Assembly (NCBI GenBank): GCA_965240325.2
Contig: OZ251228.1
Coordinates: 1,364,001-1,428,000 of the forward strand
Reading direction: 5' to 3'
DNA from: Rebecca billardiae RCC1528
Taxonomy: Eukaryota > Protista > Haptophyta
Length of the DNA stretch: 64,000 bases
Part shown: positions 13,525-22,095 of the stretch, one piece after another
Position numbering within the stretch: the first letter of the stretch is position 1
Layout of the letters: the number at the start of each line of letters is the position of its first letter
Notes under the pieces: generated by a model
The model's input: only the letters and a program-made list of their open reading frames with translations
Databases searched by the model: none
Told to the model about the DNA's origin: nothing
Made by a program: the position numbers and the translations under genes

Positions 13525-14922
13525 ATGGCCGCGCATCACGACAACTCGACCGAGAAGGTGAACATCCTTGGCCTCCCGTACCCCGACGAAAGTGACGAAG
13601 GATCTGAAGAAGACCAAGACAGTGGCGAGCGATCCGATCTCGGTGACGACCGCTCTGACGACCTGCGCCCAACCGTCCACGAGGAGAGCGCCATTCTCCA
13701 TGACAGCGCCGTCGACGCGTACCCGGACACGGACGCGCAGTTCGACGGCGGCGCCGTCGACGCGTACCCGGACACGGACGCGCAGTTCGACGGCGGCGCC
13801 GTCGACGCGTACCCGGACACGGACGCGCAGTTCGACGGCGGCGCCGTCGACGCGTACCCGGACACGGACGCGCAGTTTGACGGCGGCGGCGCGACAAGTG
13901 CGCATGCTGCGACAGCTGCCGGCGCGCAACAAGCCGCGCCCACATCCGCGAGTGCGGACCCGGCTGCATCTGCTGCGCCGCCCGTGGCGCAAGGCTGGCA
14001 GCCACCCGCCTGGTCGCACCCTCCAATCATGCTCCCTGCCGCCGCCGTGGAGGAGTGGGTGGGCGGTGTGTTCGCGCGCTCGATGCCGCTCGCCGAGCGA
14101 AAGGCGCTCGTGCTCGGCCGGCACGGGGGCATGGCCGACGTGGTCGTCGCCGACCCGTCCGTCTCGCGCGCGCACGCCGCTGTCATCTGCACCGCCGAAG
14201 CCGTCTTCGCGCACGACTTGGCCTCGGCGCACGGCTCGATGGTCGAGCGCGCCGGCAGCGCGCCGCTGCGCCTTGAGCCCAGCTCGGCGCCACAGCAGCT
14301 GCGCGAGGGAGACGTGCTGCGCGTCGGGCAGAGCTCGCACGCGTTCCGCGTCGTCGGCCTCAGCCCGCGCGAGGTCGAGCGCTTCCAGGTGCCCGCGTGG
14401 GCCTCCCTCCCGCGCGGGCAGCCTTCACTCGAGGTGCTGGAAACTTCCAAGAAGGCCAACCCGTACTTGGAGCACCTCGGCGGCTCGGCAGGCGTGGCGG
14501 AGGTGATCCCGATCCACGACAAGCGGTGCTACGTGCTCGGGCGCAACGCGCATTTCTGCGACATCGTCGTGCGCCACGAGTCCGTGTCCCGGCAGCATGC
14601 GGCGATCGTGCACGACGACGACTGCACGTACGTCATTGACTGTGGCTCGGCGACCGGCACGTTCCTCAACAACGAGGACTGCCGGCCACACAAGGCTGAG
14701 AGGATGACGGATGGGATGATGCTCTCGCTCGGTGGCGCGCCGATCACTTACACGCTGCGGCGGGGAGCTCCAGCGGCATCGGGTGCTGGTAAGCGCACCA
14801 CAGCGACCACGCCCGCGCAGGGTGGAGCAGGAGCTGAGGGCGAGGCGGCCCACCCGCCGACCTCTGCGCGGCCGGATCCCAGCGGCGTCGATCCACCCAA
14901 GCGGCGGCGGATGCTAGCCTAA
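13525..14922 (+). CDS. Tandem FHA-domain protein (NIPP1/kanadaptin-like)
   Basis: Two FHA signatures (LGR...SVSRAHA...DLASAHGS and LGR...SVSRQHA...DCGSATGTFLN), each preceded by a P-P/A-W motif; acidic N-terminus; C-terminal NLS-like PPKRRR. Confidence 0.85.
   Translation: MAAHHDNSTEKVNILGLPYPDESDEGSEEDQDSGERSDLGDDRSDDLRPTVHEESAILHDSAVDAYPDTDAQFDGGAVDAYPDTDAQFDGGAVDAYPDTDAQFDGGAVDAYPDTDAQFDGGGATSAHAATAAGAQQAAPTSASADPAASAAPPVAQGWQPPAWSHPPIMLPAAAVEEWVGGVFARSMPLAERKALVLGRHGGMADVVVADPSVSRAHAAVICTAEAVFAHDLASAHGSMVERAGSAPLRLEPSSAPQQLREGDVLRVGQSSHAFRVVGLSPREVERFQVPAWASLPRGQPSLEVLETSKKANPYLEHLGGSAGVAEVIPIHDKRCYVLGRNAHFCDIVVRHESVSRQHAAIVHDDDCTYVIDCGSATGTFLNNEDCRPHKAERMTDGMMLSLGGAPITYTLRRGAPAASGAGKRTTATTPAQGGAGAEGEAAHPPTSARPDPSGVDPPKRRRMLA
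13708..13887 (+). repeat. Coding minisatellite, 4 x 45 bp (AVDAYPDTDAQFDGG)
   Basis: Four near-perfect copies; the only visible difference is TTC to TTT in copy 4. Confidence 0.95.
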
Positions 14923-15150
14923 GCAGTCATAGTCGGCTGCTCAGCTACCATCATACTAGCTGCAAGCCTGCAACGCAATTCATCAGTGGCGACGGTGCAT
15001 GCTGTGATGGCCCGCGGTGCAGGGCGGAGCGCGCAGCGTGGAGCCCACAGCGCAGGCACGAACCACGCTGTAGGTAGTTTATTCTGGGGCGGTAAAAACT
15101 AAAAAAGACGGCGCGGGACGATCTGGGGCGTCGTCCAGGCAGCCTGAACG

Positions 15151-16317
15151 ATGGCGTCCTCGCGCATGCTGATCGCCAGTGTAAGCGCCATCTTCATATT
15201 GGTGTCGCTCACTCTGCTAAGGGCCTTACGGTGCACGTCGGAGCGCAGCCCACTTGAGACGCCGATCGCGGTGATCTCGAGCGGCGGTCAGACCCTGGAC
15301 GGCGCTACCGTCGCGGGGGTGCTGCCCGAAGGGAGGGCGCACGCTGGGGCACGTGCCGCCAACACCACCGACTGCGTGCGCTGCCCGGTCTGCTTGCGCA
15401 AGCCTAGCCGCGGCGCGGCTGCATGCCTGAGTGCGAGTGCGCACCGCATCGGTCCGCACCCGGATATCACGGGCGAGTGGGGCGTCCCCGCGCGCGAGGT
15501 GTGGCACTGCCCCGAGTCTGACGCCTACTTCACGCACCCGACACTCAGCGCCGCTGAGCTGGACACGCTATACACACACCACTACGCGGATCAGAACCCG
15601 AGCACGAAGCCCCGCTCCGTGGCGCAGGCGGCGTACATCGAGGGCCTCGCGATCGGCGAGCGTAAAGCCCACCGGCTCCCCAGCCCTGCGACCATCGTCG
15701 AGATGGGCTGCTCGACCGGCCGGCTGCTCGCGTCGTTTGCCGCGCCCGGCCGGACGCTTGTCTGCTTCGAGCCGAGCGAGAAGCACGCGACGGAGGCGCG
15801 GGAGCGGCTCTCTGCGACGGACGCGAGCGCCGCGCATGTGGTGCGCGGCCTCTTTGACCCAGACTCGCCGCTGCTGCGCGCCGGCATCGACCTGTTCCTC
15901 TCCTCGCACGTGCTCGAGCACGTGCCAGACGTGTGCGCCTTCCTGCAGACGCTGTACGCCAAGGTGCGGCCGGGCGGGCTGGTGTTCACGGAGGTGCCCA
16001 ACCACGTGGACGGCGCGGTGCGGCACGATTTCAAGGGGCTGTACCACGTCAGCCTGCCCACGCCGACGAGCCTGCACGCGTACATGCAGGCCGCCGGCTT
16101 CCGGCTGATCGACATGCAGCTGGTCGGCAAGGACGAGCGGCCGCGCGGCCACGGCTTTCACTTGCGATCGCTGTACCTCCGCCCACGTGGCGAGCTGGGC
16201 CAGGATCTGCGCCCATGGCAGCGAGGGCAGAAGCTGATCGACGGCTCCTTCGACCGAGGTCGCGCGCCAGCGCGATCACTACCACCGTTGCGGAGTCGTA
16301 GTCTGCAATCTGCATGA
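15151..16317 (+). CDS. Class I SAM-dependent methyltransferase with N-terminal membrane anchor
   Basis: IVEMGCSTGRLL (motif I), FEPS, SHVLEHVPD, PGGLVFTEVPN; CPVC...C Zn-ribbon-like region; hydrophobic N-terminus. Confidence 0.85.
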   Translation: MASSRMLIASVSAIFILVSLTLLRALRCTSERSPLETPIAVISSGGQTLDGATVAGVLPEGRAHAGARAANTTDCVRCPVCLRKPSRGAAACLSASAHRIGPHPDITGEWGVPAREVWHCPESDAYFTHPTLSAAELDTLYTHHYADQNPSTKPRSVAQAAYIEGLAIGERKAHRLPSPATIVEMGCSTGRLLASFAAPGRTLVCFEPSEKHATEARERLSATDASAAHVVRGLFDPDSPLLRAGIDLFLSSHVLEHVPDVCAFLQTLYAKVRPGGLVFTEVPNHVDGAVRHDFKGLYHVSLPTPTSLHAYMQAAGFRLIDMQLVGKDERPRGHGFHLRSLYLRPRGELGQDLRPWQRGQKLIDGSFDRGRAPARSLPPLRSRSLQSA

Positions 16318-16712
16318 GATGATGACTCATCGTCATTGATGATAGCTAGCTAGTTCAACGGTCTCACAGTCTGTCTTCGTCTGGACTTCTGAAGTTCATC
16401 ATCATAATGTTATATATTCATCAGATCATAGATACGCGCGTCTGTACCTGTGCACGGTGCTGATGATACTATAGCGGCTAGCCGGTTGATAGTCGTAAGT
16501 AGTTTACTAGTTATTAGTAGTAAATCATATACGCTAGTTACCCGATGGCGACGATGCCGTAGTTTCCGCCTTCGTCATCTCTTGTCCGATGAGATCGACA
16601 TGCATGCATAATATAAGTCTGGTCGGACGACGTGACTCAGGGATGACGACTACGTGACAACGTGTCATCTGCGCTTCGCTCATCGCTGCCGGTGCAGGTG
16701 CTAGCGGCCCGC

Positions 16713-17240
16713 GGCTCTGGCTCCGGTTGACCCCTGCCAGTCCGGTCATAGAAACCGGGCGTACAGTACCGAAACTGATCATCGCATTGCTGCGGCCGAA
16801 TGAACGCCCGAAGTGTCCCACAGGGCCCCAAGTGGGGTTGCCGTATGGATGGCCAATAAGTGCCCAGGGTGTGAAAATCAGTTTGTGACTACTTCAGACT
16901 AGCTGCTATTTTCATAGCTACTTACCCAGTCCGGTGACATATTTCCAATAGCTACGAGTGCATCCGGATCGCTCCCGGACCGTGTTATTCTGACCAGAGT
17001 ACGTCTGAATTTGAAATGGGTTACAAATATACACACATATATATATATAGTAAAATAGACTACTGTCTGAACTATACAGGAAGTGCTTGTCAATACTCAA
17101 TGGTTCGGTCGGCCCATCAATATCGCCCTGACGTCATCATCTAGGTATCCATTGAGGTCCTCCTGTGCAGTTTTCACGAGTGACTTCATGAAGGAGCTCA
17201 CAGTGCCCGTCTCTGGCAGGGGTCAACCGAAGCCAGAGCC
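16713..17240. mobile_element. MITE-like element, 28-bp TIRs, 4-bp TSD CCGC
   Basis: GGCTCTGGCTCCGGTTGACCCCTGCCAG (16713-16740) matches the inverted copy at 17213-17240 with 1 mismatch. CCGC flanks both sides; the interior is AT-rich and non-coding. Confidence 0.8.
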
Positions 17241-17285
17241 CCGCACTCCATCCCTCACCCTGTGACCTGTCGTGACTACTCCCGC

Positions 17286-18587
17286 CTAAGACTTGCCCTT
17301 GCTGCCCTCTTTCCGAATCGCATAGACGCCGGCGATGTCGCCGTGCTTCGTGAAGCCCGCGTACACCACCGGGTACGCCTCGAGCACCGCGTCGGCGTCC
17401 GACTCGGCGTCGGCGCCGCTGAAGAAGAAGCTGTCGGCCAGGCTGGTGTGGAAGAGGGCGGCGATCCGCACGTCCTGCGCATGGCGCGGCCTGGCGTCAG
17501 GCGTCGCGCAGAGCATGCGCTCGCGGTGCGCGTCGTCCACGGGCAGCCTCGTCGCGCGCGCGCGCGCGTGCGCCGGCAGCCGCAGCCGCTGCTGCAGGAA
17601 GCTCGCCACATCTTCGAGTGAGCGGCTGCGCAGCTCGCCCTCGTGCACATATGCGCTGAACGCTGTGAGCTCGCTGTCCACGGCGGAGCGCTCGATGTGC
17701 TCGGCCATCGAGGCGAGCGTGGTGAGCTGGATCGCGATCGTCTGCATGAGCTTCACGCGCGCGTTGTCGTGCCCCTCGTGCTTCACCCCGTCGGGCCAGT
17801 GCCCGCAGTTCCACCGCTGGAGCGCAAAGTGGTCCGGCCCTCCGTCGGCGCTCGCCCAGTGCAGGTAGAGAGGCGTGCGCGTGTCGTCGGCGTTGACGCG
17901 CTCGGTGTTCTTCCACGCGCGGCACTCGGCGCCTGGCGGGCGCGACTCGAGCGCAAACACCTCGCCCGTCTCGACCCCTTCCGCCTCCGCCGCCGCCGCC
18001 GCTGGAGCCTCGGCCGCGGGTGGCGGCTGCAGCTCAATCAGCGTGAGCCGAGTGCGGAATGCGGAGCACAGCTCAAAGTCGGCGCTCATCGAGGCGGCGA
18101 TGTCGCTCGCGCGCACGCCCTGCGCGTTCGTCTTGAGCCGCTCGCGATTGGACATCTCGAGCACCTCGGTCAGGACGTACTCGACCACCGCCGTGGCCAT
18201 CGCCGCGCACGGCAGGTCGCACTCGCGCCCAAAGTCCAGTACGCGCTGCCGCGTCATCGGCACGCTCATCACGAGGCGTGCGGCGGTCGTGACCATGCTG
18301 TCGTTCAGAGCCTCCTCGGGTATGCGGTCCAGGCTCGCCGCTGCCCGGCGCATCTCGCCCAGTGCGTGCGCGCCGAGCTTGCCCGGGAGGAGGTCACCTG
18401 TGACTGACTGCAGTCCCCCGCGGGTGACGGGCGCCTCCGGCGGAGCGCACTCGGCGAGCTCGCGGACGACCACCACGCCAATCTCGCACAGAATCTTCAT
18501 TGCTGCGACCGACAGCCCAGCCTGGTCGGACGCCAGCTGCGTCCACACCTTGTAGATGTCACGGTCGAGCGTCGCGACCTCGGCCAT
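17286..18587 (-). CDS. Fused H2B-H2A doublet histone-fold protein with uncharacterised C-terminal domain
   Basis: H2B-like DIYKVWTQL..GLSVAAMKIL...LQSVTGDLLPGKLGAHALGE followed by H2A-like ARLVMSV...AVVEYVLTEVLEMS...VRASDIAASMSADFEL; 433 aa, intronless. Confidence 0.75.
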   Translation of the reverse strand: MAEVATLDRDIYKVWTQLASDQAGLSVAAMKILCEIGVVVVRELAECAPPEAPVTRGGLQSVTGDLLPGKLGAHALGEMRRAAASLDRIPEEALNDSMVTTAARLVMSVPMTRQRVLDFGRECDLPCAAMATAVVEYVLTEVLEMSNRERLKTNAQGVRASDIAASMSADFELCSAFRTRLTLIELQPPPAAEAPAAAAAEAEGVETGEVFALESRPPGAECRAWKNTERVNADDTRTPLYLHWASADGGPDHFALQRWNCGHWPDGVKHEGHDNARVKLMQTIAIQLTTLASMAEHIERSAVDSELTAFSAYVHEGELRSRSLEDVASFLQQRLRLPAHARARATRLPVDDAHRERMLCATPDARPRHAQDVRIAALFHTSLADSFFFSGADAESDADAVLEAYPVVYAGFTKHGDIAGVYAIRKEGSKGKS

Positions 18588-18828
18588 GGCTCGCGGGCGC
18601 GATCAGGAATCGCGTGGCCGCAATTACGAGATTCCAGGTTCGTTGTCGTCTGTCATCGTTGGGCACTGGGCAGCCATCGTGCACGCGATTCGACGCAGCA
18701 GAGGAGCAGAGCCGTGGCACTGTGGTGAGCAGCCGCAAGGGACCGCCTTGACGTGCGTGGTGCGTCGGCTGTCGCGAGCGAGCGCGCTCGGCGTCAGCGC
18801 GCTGCTCTGTGGGGAGCGGGGCGGGCAC

Positions 18829-20118
18829 ATGGCCGTTGGCTTCAGCGCATACCCCAGCCAGACCCGATGGCAGCGCGCCGTGCAGTGGCTCCGGGCCAAC
18901 CGCGCGTGCGTCGTGTGCGCGCTGCTGGGCGCAGCAGTCGGCGTCTTCTTCGAGCGCTCGAGCACGCCCCTGTGCCCGCCCGACGCGGCGTGCATCTTCG
19001 GCCCGCCCGGGGCCGAGCCCTACGTCGAGTTTGCCGAGGTGCCCGGCACGTGGGCCGTGTACGACGTGCAGCGCAAGCTGCATGAGACGCAGAGCGCGTA
19101 CCAGACCATCGCGGTGTACGACACCTACTTCCATGGCCGCATCCTCACCATCGACGGCGCGCTGATGATCACGGAGCGGGACGAGCGCAACTACCACGAG
19201 ATGCTGGCGCACGTGCCGCTCAACTACCTCCCGGCCGCGAAGCGCGTGCTCGTCATCGGCGGCGGCGACGGCGGCACGGTCACGCAGGTGGTGCGCCACT
19301 CGAACCTGGCGAGCGTGAGCTGGGTCGAGATCGACGAGCAGGTGGTGAAGACTTCGCGCAAGTACTTCACGCGGGTGAGCGCCGGTCTGGACGACCCGCG
19401 CGTCAAGCTCGTCGTGCGCAACGCCGCGCACTGGGTCGCCGAGCAGCGCTACACCGCCACGCGCGACGCGCCGGCCGGCGGCGCGTCCGCCGCGGGCGGC
19501 GAGGACGACGAGATTCGATACGACGTCGTCCTGATCGACTCGACCGACTTCAACCAGGCGGAGCCGCTGTTCACGCCGGACTTCTACGCGGGCGTGAAGG
19601 CGCTCATGCGGCCCACCTCGATCCTCTGCTTCAACCTCGACTCGCCACAGTGGGGCCAGGTCCGGCTCGTGCAGTTTGCAGACCGGCTCTCAGCGCTCTT
19701 TACCCACGTCTATGTGTACCAGGTGTTCCAGCCCACGTACTCGTCCGGGCACTACGCGTTCCTCTTCGCGTCGGACAGCGTGCATCCGACGCAGACGGCG
19801 GTGGACTGGGGCGCGTGGCTCTCGAAGAACATCGAGACGCGGTACTACACGCCCGACGTGCACTACGCGGCGTTCATGCTGCCGGCGCAGGTGAGGGGCG
19901 TGCTCCGCAGCGCGCCGCTCGCGCTCGCCGACGTGGCGCCTCGCGGCAGCCAGGGCTTTGCGCCCGCGCAGGGCGAGGAGGACGGTGCACCCGTGCGGAC
20001 CGCGGGGGGCGCGGCTGGCGTCGACGGCTCTGCTCGGGCGGAGACGACGCAGCGGGCGGCAGGCGCTCCGGCGGGCACGGTGTCGCCGTCCTCCTCCTCA
20101 GAGCTGCGCCGTGTATGA
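18829..20118 (+). CDS. Spermidine synthase-family aminopropyltransferase with N-terminal hydrophobic segment
   Basis: SAYQTI, ILTIDG..ITERDE..YHEMLAH, VLVIGGGDGGT, VEID, LIDSTD, YYTPDVHYAAF; ATG at 18829 preferred. Confidence 0.92.
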   Translation: MAVGFSAYPSQTRWQRAVQWLRANRACVVCALLGAAVGVFFERSSTPLCPPDAACIFGPPGAEPYVEFAEVPGTWAVYDVQRKLHETQSAYQTIAVYDTYFHGRILTIDGALMITERDERNYHEMLAHVPLNYLPAAKRVLVIGGGDGGTVTQVVRHSNLASVSWVEIDEQVVKTSRKYFTRVSAGLDDPRVKLVVRNAAHWVAEQRYTATRDAPAGGASAAGGEDDEIRYDVVLIDSTDFNQAEPLFTPDFYAGVKALMRPTSILCFNLDSPQWGQVRLVQFADRLSALFTHVYVYQVFQPTYSSGHYAFLFASDSVHPTQTAVDWGAWLSKNIETRYYTPDVHYAAFMLPAQVRGVLRSAPLALADVAPRGSQGFAPAQGEEDGAPVRTAGGAAGVDGSARAETTQRAAGAPAGTVSPSSSSELRRV

Positions 20119-20831
20119 GCACGGGGCGTCTTCGACGATGACTCTCGGCTCTCCGTGTCGCGTGACGCCGGACTGCGGCTGTGTTGATTGACTGCGGTAA
20201 CGACTAACGTTCCTGGGACTGACTCCCGAGTCGCTGCAAAGTAGTAAAAGTTTACTACTAGTTTACAATGATGTTCTAATCATCTAGCGAATTAATATTA
20301 AAATAGCTTATATAATATTACTGTTATAATAATGTTACCGGCCCTGCTCGGTACGAGCCACTCGGCGCCGTGGCTGACCGTGCCCGAATCCGATGAGTGG
20401 CGATGACTGATGCACGGTCGTGCCCGCGCTCAACTTCGAGCGGCTGATACCAACGCATCGTCATCGACGACGTCGCGTGTCATAACAGTGATTAACACGT
20501 AACCACACCGCTGACCGCACCCCAGCCGGCCCCTACATCAAGGCTCCCTGGTATTGAAGAATACCCGCCGCAGCTATTCGTTGCCAGCCGCCCATTTAAC
20601 ATAGTCACTCAGCTCAAAACCTGCCGTCGGCAGGTTTTGAGCCCGCTGAGCCAGTAGACCTGATCACCCGGAGCCCGTTATAAAAGGGAATTTATTGAGC
20701 CGAAGACGGGCTCAGCCGCTCAGGCAGCTCAGGGGCTTTCTGGGACGGTGCGGGTATGATATAGCCGGTATACAGTCGTAGTACAGTACAAGCGTTTACT
20801 TACTTGATCGAATAATAAACTAAAGTTCCTA

Positions 20832-22060
20832 CAGTTTACTAAGAATAAGAGACGCACACAGCTCAGGCAGGCGCTGCGCGAGATTGACGCCCGCCAACTG
20901 TCACCGCCCATGAACATACTATACGTATGTATACCCCCATACTGTCTTGTAGTTGTGCTAAGTACTAGCAACCGACCCATCCGACCTCAAAGGTAATAAA
21001 TTCCCCTTTATAACGGGCTCCGGGTGATCAGACTGGCGGCCGAAGCCTCCACTCTCCAGCCCTACCCTGGCCAGCCCCCAACCAACCCGACCACCCTCAC
21101 CCAACCTCAAACCACTGACCGAGACACCTAGCGCCTTGACACCACTCCACTGTGGACAGCCCGCCTCCAGAGGGGGCGGGACTGGGAGTATGCCATTGCC
21201 AACAGCATACAAGCCCAACACTGTGGGGTGGTCCCAGGTACACGCAGTGCACTGCCTTGCAATTCGAGATCATCGAGTGTGAGCCGAGTCGGCAGACGGG
21301 GCACCCCCTAGGGTGCCCCAGTGTGGGCAGAGGGCCAGCCACTAGCCGATCCCTGTGCGGGGAAGGGGACGGAGGGGACTGTCAGCGAGCCCAGTAGCTG
21401 GGCAGGGGTCTGAGCCACTGGCCCTGGCTGTGAGGCGCCTGTATTTCACTCGTGCGGCTATGGAGGCAGAGGGGGTCATGTCAGACATGATGTGTGCGAC
21501 ATCGGGCATCAAGTCAGTCAGGGCGTGGGCCGCTGTAAAGTAGGACGCAGGTATTTCTACTAACTTGTTACGACGAAATCGATCAAGTCATCAAGTAATA
21601 TACTGTGTTCGGACGACGACGTTTTGTGGACGACGGTGGGGCGAGGACGACGGCGCTGGCGCGCCGCGAGGCGGCCGCAGCCCTCATCCAGGCCTCGCAG
21701 GCGGACGGCTGAACGAATTTTTCCGGCGGCGCTACCATCGGCGACGGCTTCATGGGCGGTGACACAAGGGCGTTCCCGGGATCCTGCCACACGCTCCCGA
21801 AAGCAATGCCCCCCCCTGGGGGGGGGCATTGCTACCGGACTGGCGCGGGCCGTAATCAAATGTACCCGCTTGAAATAGAGGAAGCCAATTTCAATAGGAA
21901 CGCGGTTCGATTTGGCGTTTGACCAGTGCGGGGGCTTCGGCCGCCAGTCTGATCACCCGGAGCCCGTTATAAAGGGGAATTTAAAAAGGGGAACGCCCCT
22001 GTTGGCGGGCGTCAATCTCGCCTGCCTGAGCTGTGTGCGTCTCTTATTCTTAGTAAACTG
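20832..22060. mobile_element. Non-autonomous Tc1/mariner-type element (TA|CAGTTTACT...AGTAAACTG|TA) with a nested insert
   Basis: About 60-bp inverted repeats (20832-20898 and 22001-22060) with CAGT termini and flanking TA on both sides; no transposase ORF. Confidence 0.8.
20997..21983. mobile_element. Inner element bounded by perfect ~51-bp inverted repeats (second repeat family)
   Basis: TAAATTCCCCTTTATAACGGGCTCCGGGTGATCAGACTGGCGGCCGAAGCC at 20997-21047 and its reverse complement at 21933-21983. Further copies at 20660-20694 and 38693-38768. Confidence 0.7.
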
Positions 22061-22095
22061 TATGGCGGCCGTCAATTCGACGACCTGACGGGGCG

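Noticed and set aside
13708-13887. Possible CRISPR array
   Set aside because: Contiguous in-frame tandem repeats with no spacers and no cas genes, in a eukaryotic context.
20997-21047. Hammerhead ribozyme or Penelope pseudo-LTR in the inner repeat
   Set aside because: CTGATCA does not match the CUGANGA core and no properly placed GAAA stem was seen.
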